From: Macrostomum hystrix
Taxonomy: Eukaryota; Animalia; Platyhelminthes
Direction: 5' to 3'
DNA: 64,000 nucleotides
Assembly (NCBI GenBank): GCA_950097015.1
Contig: CATNEN010000011.1
Location: 3,844,001 to 3,908,000 of the forward strand
The translations under genes were made by a program, and so were the position numbers. Numbering within the stretch: the stretch's first letter is position 1; the number at the start of each line of letters is the position of its first letter. The notes under the pieces are model-generated. The model was given only the letters and a program-made list of their open reading frames with translations, was not told the origin of the DNA and searched no databases. Positions 50,071-60,929 of this stretch are shown one piece after another.

Positions 50071-50115
<45 letters not shown>

Positions 50116-53100
50116 TGTTAGAGTGTGTACACTCACTGACAATGAGAAAGTCAGAGTAGATGTACACACGTGTGTAAGTGTGCGCCTGTGTACGCATCTT
50201 GCCGCCAAAGTTGCCAAACGAAGGAAATTTCCTGTGACCTTGAGAAAGAAAGGAGAGAAATGAGTGGAATGCCTCCGGCGACCTTGAGGGTACCGAAAAA
50301 AGAATCTTCAAACGTGTATAATAGGAAAAATTATAAAGAAAAAAAATTAAGAAAAATTACTAAGAAAAAAAGCCCGATGAATTTTTTTTTTGACCTTGAC
50401 TTTTGACATGTTTAGAGTTTCGATTTCTAAAAACGGATCGAAACAATTATAACAAATTTAATTTCCTTCCTGCACCGAGAATCCAATACGGTGATGACAT
50501 CCCACTCTGGCAATTTTCCCATCAAAGCAAAGCCTCAAAACTGTTTTCGCAACTTCATAATCTTCTAAGAATCTTCGAACGACCGGTCATTTGCTTGCTT
50601 ACCAATACGGTATTTCAGGTAATTTTCACTTTCGCGGATGTGGGGTGAATACAAGTTCAAAAGAAAGAGACAGTTTCTATAAGTTGCCATGGAAACGGGT
50701 TAGAAAGATAGATGACTAAATATAGGAAGCGGCTTATAGAAAAGACACGGCGTGAAGGTAGGGAGAGAAAGGCAGAGAGGGCTGCACTAATGAAGCGAGC
50801 GGGCATTCGGATGAGAATTCGAAGACGCTCCTTACCTGCCTCGTTACTCGTTAAGAAACGAAAAAAATCTCGGCGAGGGGTGGTTGGTAACAGAGGTTCT
50901 CGAGGCGGGAAAGACAGAGACGGAGAGAGAAGGAAAAGTGAGAACGAACCGAAGACGAGCAAGCTCAGAATTAAGGATGGCCGGGAAGAGCTTCGCGTGT
51001 GTAGTCCTGCAGGTGCCGCTGCTTGGGCCCAGGGCTAGGCGAGACAGCAAGGATAGAAAATGAGATTGCTTGGCTATAGTCTCCCATTTTGAGGATTGAA
51101 AAAGGTAAGAGGAGAAAATGAAATGAAACACACAGCGAGGTGAGCGGGCAGAGAGACAGCCCCGTAGCTGCTTCGAGGCCCCAGTGACTGCTTGAGTGTC
51201 CGTTGCTCTTGCCCAGATTAAGATGAGGAAGTATATGCTCAAGCGTCCTTCCCGAATTTGCGTGTATTTTCCTTCTTCGGGCCTTGAATTTATTAATACA
51301 AAATCAAATAACCAATTAAGAGAGTGATTTCATTCCATTTTAGACTAGCATCGAATGGTTTCTTATCTTCTTTTCATATTGCAATGAAAGAATCAACATC
51401 TAGGGTACACTGCCAGCCTTGCTATGTACTCGTAATTAGCCGGGTAAATCAGCCGAAAACTGATTCCACCTTGTCAGCAATATGCCTTTAGTTGCTAACT
51501 ATTTAGCTATAGAAGCGAAATTGCGGCTTTGAAGAATAACTTAGTAATATGAGCGATCATGCAGGAACAAAGAGATGTACAAAAGCATGAAATATCCTAA
51601 TGAGAATGCAGGCAGAGTTCTTACAATAAGCTGCATATCTAGCAGTGCTTCTCTGTACTACCTTGAGAGGGAAAATAACGATAACTTTGTGTGAGGCGTT
51701 GTAAGTGTATGAATCACCATTAGCAAAGTTTTCTTGAATCGCGTTTTATATACTGAATATCTTCGTATTCTACGCGCGATGATAGAATTTATCAAAATTC
51801 TAAAAAAATACAATCTCGCTAAACAATGATTATCGACAAGAACAGGAGTTTTTATACACCTGTTCTCAAATAAAATCACTGAATCTATTCTCAAAGAATC
51901 TCATATCTCACTGAATCTATTCTCAAAGAATCTCAGCTCTCACTGAATCTGTTCTCAAAGAATCTCAGCTCTCACTGAATCTATTCTCAAAGAATCTCAT
52001 ATCTCACTGAATCTATTCTCAAAGAATCTCATATCTCACGGAATCGATTCTCAAAGAATCTCAGCTCTCACTGAATCTATTCCCAAAGAATCTCAGCTCT
52101 CACTGAATCTATTCTCAAATAATCTCAGCTCTCACTGAATCTATTCTCAAAGAATCTCAGCTCTCACTGAATCTATTCTCAAATAATCTCACATCTCACT
52201 GAATCTATTCTTAAAGAATCTCATATCTCACTGAATCTATTCTCAAAGAATCTCAGCTCTCACTGAATCTATTCTCAAATAATCTCACATCTCACTGAAT
52301 ATATTCTTAAAGAATCTCATATCTCACTGAATCTATTCTCAAAGAATCTCAGCTCTCACTGAATCTATTCTCAATGGAATCTCATATCTCACTGAATATA
52401 TTCTCAATGGAATCTCACATCTCACTGAATCTATTCTCAAATAATCTCATATCTCACTGAATCTATTCTCAATGGAATCTCACATCTCACTGAATCTATT
52501 CTCAATGGAATCTCACATCTCACTGAATCTATTCTCAAAGAATCTCATATCTCACTGAATCTATTCTCAAAGAATCTCAGCTCTCACTGAATCTGTTCTC
52601 AAAGAATCTCAGCTCTCACTGAATCTATTCTCAAAGAATCTCATATCTCACCGAATCTATTCTCAATGGAATCTCATATCTCACTGAATCTATTCTCAAA
52701 GAATCTCAGCTCTCACTGAATCTATTCTCAAATAATCTCACATCTCACTGAATCTATTCTTAAAGAATCTCATATCTCACTGAATCTATTCTCAAAGAAT
52801 CTCAGCTCTCACTGAATCTATTCTCAATGGAATCTCATATCTCACTGAATCTATTCTCAAATAATCTCACATCTCACTGAATCTATTCTTAAAGAATCTC
52901 ATATCTCACTGAATCTATTCTCAAAGAATCACAGCTCTCACTGAATCTATTCTCAATGGAATCTCATATCTCACTGAATATATTCTCAATGGAATCTCAC
53001 ATCTCACTGAATCTATTCTCAAATAATCTCATATCTCACTGAATCTATTCTCAATGGAATGTCACATCTCACTGAATCTATTCTCAATGGAATCTCACAT

Positions 53101-53830
53101 CTCACTGAATCTATTCTCAAAGAATCTCATATCTCACTGAATCTATTCTCAAAGAATCTCAGCTCTCACTGAATCTGTTCTCAAAGAATCTCAGCTCTCA
53201 CTGAATCTATTCTCAAAGAATCTCATATCTCACCGAATCTATTCTCAATGGAATCTCATATCTCACTGAATCTATTCTCAAAGAATCTCAGCTCTCACTG
53301 AATCTATTCTCAAAGAATCTCATATCTCACTGAATCTATTCTCAAAGAATCTCATATCTCACTGAATCTATTCTCAAAGAATCTCAGCTCTCACTGAATC
53401 TATTCTTAAAGAATCTCACGGAAACTATTCATCGGTAGAGGATCGAATTCCCAAGAAGGGCATTGTTTCTCACTCGAATTGTCTGAACAAGCCTGCCAAT
53501 GGTTCCCGTGTGCCTGACTGCAGGCTGCAGTGGAAGTTGCCGCTGATTCTGATCTCCTTCAGCATTTCGAATGACCGCGTTTGAAGTTGCTACCTCGTCC
53601 GCTCGATCATCGTCAAGGATGTCGCTCTCTCCGCTAGTCTCGTCGCCTTCTTCGTCAATGTCCTCTTCGATGACGATTCGATCCTCAGATGGTCCTGGGG
53701 TTGCTCGACGCCTGACCTGCTGCTGGTGCTGTTGCTGAGGCGAATCGCGGGTCTCAACCGTGTCCGCATCGCGCCGAATGGGTAATCCACCGTTACGCTG
53801 CTGTGCAGTTGAACTGCTCATAGTGCTCAT
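44484..53830 (-). CDS. Cyclic nucleotide-gated channel alpha subunit (CNGA/TAX-4-like). Exons 53830-53474, 48306-48002, 47479-47265, 46505-45874, 45657-45412, 45068-44484; ~779 aa
   Basis: GRLVQTIR|SLHRW and RRDSFL N-terminal motifs. Core motifs [39 protein letters not shown], pore [11 protein letters not shown]-linker [32 protein letters not shown] and FGEVS...[17 protein letters not shown]. All junctions GT-AG and in phase. Confidence 0.93.
45135..45330 (+). mobile_element. SINE family A copy, internally deleted, in a CNG intron
   Basis: GGTCCCTGAGCTCGATTCCGCGGCGAGG and GCAGCCGCGGAGAGAAGGCTTG, with a TTA-like tail. Confidence 0.7.
46620..47190. repeat. ~80-83-bp G-tract-rich tandem repeat in a CNG intron
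   Basis: GAGATTTTAAACTGAGGCGG recurs at 46749, 46828, 46911, 46994, ~47077 and 47159, with GGGGTGGGG tracts. Confidence 0.85.
47640..47985 (+). mobile_element. SINE family A, longest copy in the window
   Basis: B-box-like GCTCGATTCC, hairpin CCTGAC-GATGAGAAA-GTCAGG, ATTATAATAAT tail. Confidence 0.75.
49380..49760 (+). mobile_element. 3' fragment of a LINE ORF2 (C-terminal CCHC-like region)
   Basis: Across a frameshift: [12 protein letters not shown]...LACETLR...[23 protein letters not shown], typical of invertebrate CR1/L2-like C-termini. Confidence 0.5.
50071..50200 (+). repeat. (AAT)n microsatellite followed by a SINE family A fragment
   Basis: ~14 AAT units, then GAGTGTGTACACTCACTGACAATGAGAAAGTCAGAGTAGATGTACAC. 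Confidence 0.75.
50683..50696. promoter_or_regulatory. Canonical RFX X-box motif
   Basis: GTTGCCATGGAAAC matches the GTHNYY-AT-RRNAAC consensus; lies in intron 1 of the CNG channel gene. Confidence 0.5.
51890..53418. repeat. 32/33-bp minisatellite (CTCACTGAATCTATTCTCAAAGAATCTCATAT), ~47 copies, in CNG intron 1
   Basis: Visible tandem units. Confidence 0.97.
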
Positions 53831-55368
53831 CAGGATGTTCAGGAAAACTCGATATGACTTGACAGTCAAACAGTTACTCGCAGTTTTTATGCCTCGAAAA
53901 ATTTACCTTCTTCCCAAAAATTCTGTTCTCTTCTCCTCTCCTGCACCTGCAAGCAATGTCTATTTTTCCGTCAGCCAATCCGGAGTAGCAGCTGCTAATA
54001 TAATTTGCTGTTGAGAAAGAGATGGGAAGTGTGCGGCTCGTCCAGGTTTTTCGCGAGCCGGGAATGTGTTTCTATGGGAATTCGTACGACCTGCATCCTG
54101 CTGTCCTGCCTCTCTATGTCTGTATATAATCGACATCTCTATAATTTACTACCTAGTATAAATCACCATACAGTATACAATAACATGGGCATCATCACAG
54201 CCATAGAAGGTATCGCATTTAGTATATTATCCAATCATGTCAATTTTGCTAATTGCCTGGTTTTCGAATTGTATGTGATGTACATTGCGCAAGCACTGAT
54301 TCTGTGTCGTATTTGATTGATTGTGTACATGTACAGCTTCCTTCTAATCGTCTCTATTACTTTATTCCCAGTCAGTCAGCCGCTCATATCGTGCGGTTGC
54401 CCCTAAAATTGTTGAATTTAATATCACGCTCTCGGCGCGTGGCCTAGCTTGGCCTTGGCATGTTTAGGTTTGAACGGCATGACCTTGAATATCCGGATAA
54501 AATTCGTTTGTTGAATATCACGCTTCGAGTTCGTGGCTTGGCTGGACCGTAGATTGATGTTAAATCGGCAAAAGTCGATAGTTACTTTATCACGCTTTCA
54601 ATGCGTGCAATTTATACATAGGAAGATGATTGGATGCTAAATCACACAATATGTACATTTTCTATTTAATTCGATTAAGCACTAAATGCTATACAGATCT
54701 CTACAGCGTTTTTAACGACTTTGATCTCAATCGCGAACATACCACTGCTGCGTGGCCAAATAACGTGGAAACAATAGTTTTCTAAATAAATATATTCTTT
54801 TGCTTTCGCAACATTCAATCAAGGAAGAATTTAAACGCTCAAATTTGAGACTAATTATACCTACTGAAAGTAGATACTGTCGAATTCTAAAGATAAATAA
54901 GTAATCAGAATTTAAAAAGAAAGCTTTTTTTCAATTTGTGAAAATGAATAAGAAGTATAAAATAGAATTTGCCCAACTAATTGAGTTTGTACCACAAAAC
55001 AACAATTCAAATTCAAATTTACTTAAGCAGCTAAAAAGGAATAACGGCTTTTGCATTGGAATCAATCAATTATTAGATTTACTTATTGTGCGGCAATACA
55101 TGATAAAACTGTTTAAATATATTAGTAAGTACATGAGAGTACAGTTATACATTTACAGATGGGTGAGCGATACACAAAAGACAATTAATTAGCTTTTAGT
55201 AGAAAAACACAAATTATTATCAAAATTGATAACCTCACCGGATTTAAAACTAATGTATAGCCATTTTTTATTTGTAATTTATAAGCTGTAGAAAATTATA
55301 AAAAACAATTTAACAACAACAATAAAGCGTTGATAAATAATAAGATTACGTATATAATAGCTGATTAA

Positions 55369-55795
55369 CAGTAGAACTACCAAGGGGGGATATTTCCCCA
55401 CCCCTGACAAATTTTTCTGCTGCACCCGAACGGAACAATGCAAGCACACGAAACTCAAGAACACGGGCCAACTTTTTGTTGCGCATCTTCTGAAACAAGA
55501 AACAAGTCGCCAGCTCTTCAGACCGTCGAGATATTCAATGTTTCTGGCCGAAGGTCCTATTTTTCCCATAAGAGCTAGTGTATTTCATACACCCCTATAC
55601 ACGAATTTGCACTGCGCCTCAGTGCGGCCTTTCCAGACCTTCAAAATTTATATAGCATGTCACCCGAATGTGCCTGCATCATCTCCGACGGTTAGCTTTC
55701 AGGCGCTGCCAAAAAATGTTCTCTGGGGGGGGGGGGGGGGGAAATCCCCCCCTTGGTAAAAAAACGGGCGGCAAAATGGCTTGGTAGTCCTACTG
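55369..55795. mobile_element. Non-autonomous DNA transposon (MITE) with CAGTAG-ended TIRs
   Basis: TIR CAGTAGAACTACCAAG / CTTGGTAGTCCTACTG (1 mismatch), TTAA on both sides, inner IR CCAAGGGGGGA...TCCCCCCCTTGG, second copy at ~57545. Confidence 0.75.
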
Positions 55796-56203
55796 TTAAA
55801 CAAATCTATGACTGGCTATAATCTTGAGATTCATTAAACAAAACAAAGTTCAACGTGGACTCAATTACAAAAAATCCCAAATACGTTATTTTCTAAACAC
55901 ATCCCTTTTAATAATATCAATAAACCGTAGATACAAATACTGGGTAAACAGATTAACTGTGGGATGCAAACTTTTACTGGGAAAAATTTATATTTACTGA
56001 CCAAAAAATTCTGTTTCGTCTTATTTTTGGTTACTTAATTAATATAAATTTATTGATAATCTCTTAGTAAATAAAATTTCGCAATCTTTGGTAACACTCA
56101 ATGCTATGAGCATGCACAAAATAAATAGTAGACTGCTTTCATACATACTGTGTCTTAACGACTCTAAACCGAATGGAGGGGAAAAACTGGAGTTAGCCAA
56201 GAA

Positions 56204-58299
56204 TTATAAAATGATGCACTTCGATTTCTCTCTGCCGCCGCCGCCTTTTCCTTTATCGTGGCGAGACTTGCCACCGTCGGCTGTTTTGCGATCAATTTGA
56301 CGCACTAAATCGAAGAATATCTGTCAATGCAAAGTGGCAGGGGGTCTCTTCTAAGGATCTGGGATAATGGAATCCCAACCTAAGAATTTGGGATGATGAA
56401 ATCCCAACCTGAAGATCTTGGACGAAAAAATCATAAACTAAGGATTTGGGATGATGAAATCCCAATCTGAGGATCTAGGATAATGGAATCCCAACTTGAG
56501 GATCTGGGATGATGGAATCCCGACCTGAGGATCTGGGATAATGAAATCCCAAACTGAGGATTTGGGATGATGAAATCCCAACCTGAGGATCTTGGATGAT
56601 GAAATCCCAAACTGAGTATCTGGGATGATGGAATTCGTAACCTGAGGATCTGGGATGAAGGAATCCCAACCTGAGGATCTGGGATGAAGGAATCCCAACC
56701 TGAGGATCTGGGATGATGGAATTCCCAACCCGAGGAACTGGGATGATGAAATTCCTAATCTGAGGATCTGGGATGAAGGAATTCGCAACCTGAGGATCTG
56801 GGATGATGGAATTTCCAACCTGAGGATCTGGGATGATGAAATTCCTAATCTGAGGATCTGGGATGATGAAATTCCTAATCTGAGGATCTGGGATGATGAA
56901 ATTCCTAATCTGAGGATCTGGGATGATGAAATTCCTAATCTGAGGATCTGGTATGAAGGAATCCCAACCTGAGGATCTGGTATGAAGGAATCCCAACCTG
57001 AGGATCTGGTATGAAGGAATCCCAACCTGAGGATCTGGGATGAAGGAATCCCAACCTGAGGATCTGGGATGATGGAATTCCCAACCCGAGGAACTGGGAT
57101 CATGAAATTCCTAATCTGAGGATCTGGGATGAAGGAATTCGCAACCTGAGGATCTGGGATGATGGAATTTCCAACCTGAGGATCTGGGATGATGAAATTC
57201 CTAATCTGAGGATCTGGGATGATGAAATTCCTAATCTGAGGATCTGGGATGGTGAAATCCCAACCTGAGGATCTGGGGATGTAGTATCTCCTAATCAAAG
57301 GATATAAAATACTTTTAAATGTATGTTTCATTGTTGCATGCAACTAAGCAAACTTACCTCCTGCACATTCAGCTTGGCCTTGGCTGAGGTCTCTAGGAAG
57401 GCGCAATTCCACTGTCTGGCCAAACTATGGCCCTGCTCTTTGCCGACAGTTCTCTCACCCTCGAGATCGCACTTGTTGCCAACAACTATTATGGGCACCT
57501 GCGAGACGATGGGGGGTGGGCAAAGTGCGCTGTGTTGATGGGTGACGAACTTCCAAGTGGGGGGAATTTCCCCCCGGACAAGTTTTTGCTGCACCCGAAC
57601 TGAACAACACAAGCATACGAAACTCAAGAACACGTGCCAACTTTTTGTTTTACATCTTCTGAAACAAGAATCAAGTCGCCAGCTCTTCAGACCGTCGAGA
57701 TATTCATAGGTTTGATTTCTCCCATAAGCGCTAGTGTATTTTATAAATCACTATACACGAATTAGCCTTGTCAGGCCTTAAAAATTGTCAGCAAGTCACT
57801 CGAATGCGCCTGCATCATCTCCGTCTTCGATGGTCACCTACCTTTATCTAGACGGACCGCTCGACCTTCAAGGGCTACAACATGTGCAAATAGGTCCCAG
57901 AAATGCCTTGGTAGTCATAATGTTATAGAGTAGTTTTACTAGGTGAGCAGCTAATTAAACTGTTAATCAACTCACCTCATCTGTATCCTTAACTCGCAGA
58001 ATCTGCTCTCTTAGCTCATTTAAATCTTTGAAGCTGGATTGAGAAGTGATTGAATAGACTAACAGAAATCCCTGGCCATTCTTCATGTAGAGATCTCGCA
58101 TTGCAGTGAATTGTTCAGTGCCAGCCGTGTCTAGAATCTCCAGCATACACTGGCTGCTATCAATCTCCACCTGTTTGCGATAGCTGTCTTCAATGGTTGG
58201 ATCGTACTTTTCAACAAATATTCCCTGTACAAACTGTACAGTTAGGGCCGATTTGCCCACTCCGCCAGAGCCAAGAACAACTAGCTTGTATTCGCGCAT
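56204..58299 (-). CDS. RAP1: Ras-related GTPase Rap1. Exons 58299-57976, 57498-57358, 56320-56204; 193 aa
   Basis: [51 protein letters not shown] (Rap-specific T61), NKCD, ETSAK, C-terminal CIIL CAAX box. Confidence 0.97.
56350..57280. repeat. 29/30-bp minisatellite (GAGGATCTGGGATGATGAAATTCCTAATCT) in Rap1 intron 2
   Basis: Tandem units; explains ORFs 56438-57343 and 56475-56996. Confidence 0.95.
57545..57920. mobile_element. Second, diverged copy of the CAGTAG MITE, in Rap1 intron 1
   Basis: Shares TTTTTGCTGCACCCGAAC...GAAACTCAAGAACACG...CAAGTCGCCAGCTCTTCAGACCGTCGAGATATTCA and the CTTGGTAGTC end with 55369-55795. Confidence 0.75.
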
Positions 58300-58502
58300 A
58301 GCTTGCTTTTAGTGTGTCTTAGCTGTGTGTGTTAAACTAATGCTTAGTTTGCAGTCTGCTGAAAATAAATTGAATTTTTTTATTCACTGTGAATGAATAG
58401 TTTTATTAGTCGTTCCAACTCTAGAAATAAAAAAATAATGGCCTTTGCATGACTATATGTCATAAAATAGTTAAATAACATAATTTAATAAGTTGTACTA
58501 TA

Positions 58503-59165
58503 CGAGCCATCTCGCCTTAAACCTAAGCCCTTGAAAATCTTCACAAGTATTATTTAATATATCCACAGCCTAAATCAAAATTTTCAGCAAAATTGACTGA
58601 AATGGCCGCGAGAAATCTGCGATCAAACTCTGAACCCCCACTGCATTTCCTGCATTCTCCAAGGAGCAGTCAAGAGCCATAATGCTATTCTTCTTTCGCC
58701 GAAGCTCTAGCGCCAGTTGAAGCTGCTGCTGAGATGAAGACCATACTGTATGATAAAGCTCCATCCCTCAGCACTGTGCACAAGTGGTTTGGCCGCTTCA
58801 GAGCCGGCCATTTAGATTTGGTGGACGAGCCAAGAGAAGGTCGTCCAAGAAAATCAACGGACTCCTTGAATGTGGCTGCTGTGCAGTCTGCTCTGAACGA
58901 GGATGCAAGACTGACCGTCGAGATGATGGAGGAGAGTCTGGGCATTGATGCCACATCGATCTAGAGGATTCTGCACGAAGATCTTGGTGTCACCCAGAAA
59001 GCTGCCAAATTGGTGCCACGTTGAAAACGTGCCTTCCATTGAAAAGCTGATTTCAGGGGTTGCCTTGATAGCTGGCTGCAGCGCATGCGGAAGTGCATCG
59101 AAATCGGTGGCAATTATGTTGACAGATCAGATTGAGATGCTGATTAATGTGACGCAACCGGCTTT
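58503..59165 (+). mobile_element. Internally deleted mariner remnant
   Basis: HTH segment APSLSTVHKWFGRFRAG...LVDEPREGRP...LNEDARLTV...ILHEDLG...KLVP joined to C-terminal WLQRMRKCIEIGGNYV. Begins TACGAG; right TIR not found. Confidence 0.75.
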
Positions 59166-59672
59166 TTAATATCTGCTTGCTTCCCATCATTTTCTACATA
59201 CTTTAAAAAACATTTTATTTAAAAAAATATAAACTAATGTCTAAGAATAGTGCATGGCAAAGTTACAAGCCAGGATATTTTTCTCTGTACTTAGTCAACA
59301 CTATAGCAGTCTTATTCATGCAACTTGATGACAGCTAGCTACTAAAGTAATTAACAAGTAAATGTGCATATGATAGGTCTGTTTCCAGCATGAACAAAAT
59401 CTGATTAAGTGCTGGACTAGGTGCTGCAACTTAACCTACACTAATTTACTGTCTTAATTGAATGACCATTAGCACAATAATAGCATACATTCAATTGATT
59501 TTTTAACAACACACATTACTGACTTTCAGTGACCTCTAGAGAAAGTACACACTAAGGTATTTCATTTAAGAAGCTCAATGTTGTCAAAGAAATTGAGATT
59601 TCCATGCAGAAGATAAGATTTCAAACTGAGATACATTTGTTGCTTATGTGACTGAGAAGCTATAATCTACTA

Positions 59673-60634
59673 CGAGGTGCATTCAAAAAGTTCTTTTCGG
59701 TCTTTTGGCATTGTTTTGTAAATGACAGAACAAATATTTTTTCGAATGCTGCAAGTTAAGTTTATGGCCTAAGCCTTCCTGAGTTTTTAAGCCTTAGCTG
59801 GTGACTGTGTCTGAGCTACAAACAATTTTTTAAGCTACCCTTCTATTTTTTGGCCATGGCAGAATCTTTTTCAAAGCAAGACGTTCGGAGCTTGATGAAG
59901 TTCCATTTCCTGCAAGGAAAGAAACCTCCGGAGATGTTTAGAGAGCTTCAGCAAGTGTTTGGTGACAGTGCACCAACTGAACAGACTGTTCGAAAGTAGT
60001 TCCGGTTGTTCGCTGAAGGCAGAGAGAGCGTCGAGGACAACGACCGCTCTGGAAGACCGATGACTGCCACCAACGAGACCATGGTGAAGAAAGTGCATGA
60101 GCTCCTGGATGATGATCGGCAACTGACTTGCAAAGAGCTGTCAGAAGATGTCGGAGTGGCAGTGTGCACACCATTCTGACAGAGCGTCTCAACCTGCAGA
60201 AGAAATTCAGCAAGTGGGTGCCACACCTGCTGACAGATGAGCAGAAGATGCAACGTGCTCTGGCCGCCACCAACCACCTGCGCCATTTCCAGCGAGAAGG
60301 AGAGAATTTTCTTTCGTCCGCCCTACTCCCCCGATTTGTCACCCTGTGACTTCTTCCTATTCCCATCTGTGAAGAAGCACCTTCGGAGCATTCGATGCGA
60401 CAGCGTCGAGCACACCAAAGCTGCTTGCCAAGGTGCGGTGCGTGAAACGGACGCGAGAGGCATGGGTACTGGAATCAGAGGTCTGGTGCATTGCTGGCAG
60501 AAGTGCAAGGACATTGGCGGTGAATATGTTGAGTGACCGAATGACATTGAATGACCTAACAATGCTTTCATTGTTCCATACGTTCTTTGTTAATTTTTGC
60601 TGAACACGGAAAGGAACTTTTTGAATGCACCTCG
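59673..60634 (+). mobile_element. Mariner element with intact TIRs and a deleted DD34D core (transposase remnant 59856-60536)
   Basis: Perfect 21-bp TIRs CGAGGTGCATTCAAAAAGTTC with TA on both sides. WVPHLL and YSPDLSPCDF motifs. Stop and frameshifts. Confidence 0.92.
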
Positions 60635-60929
60635 TATATATGGTTAGATGATGTAGCATGAGAAAATGGCATCAGTGCATTGTTGAGTACCCTGTCCCAG
60701 TTCAAAATTGTTTTACAATACCTGCCTTTAAAAGGAACACACCAGGAAAAAATGTATGAACTTCATGGTTTGGTTTTCAACCTGGCTTAGAGCATTGAGC
60801 AATATAGTTACCAAATATCAATAAGTGAGACAAAATGGCTTGTCAAACAATGATTTTAAGCACAATTCTAAGAATTTCAATCTGCTTTTAATGATTATTT
60901 GTCAGTTCTCCTTTAAAGCTTTTGCAATT

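Noticed and set aside
50657-51242. ORFs 50657-50962, 50712-51038 and 50844-51242
   Set aside because: Purine/pyrimidine-biased low-complexity intronic sequence with no recognisable domain or splice-supported exon
87-57343. Long periodic ORFs (87-473, 159-632, 6455-6904, 9526-10281, 11675-12106, 13282-13815, 23177-24337, 33685-34329, 39686-39980, 41649-42089, 56438-57343)
   Set aside because: They are translations of intronic or intergenic minisatellites that happen to lack stops. Only the NDUFV3 repeat lies inside a real coding frame
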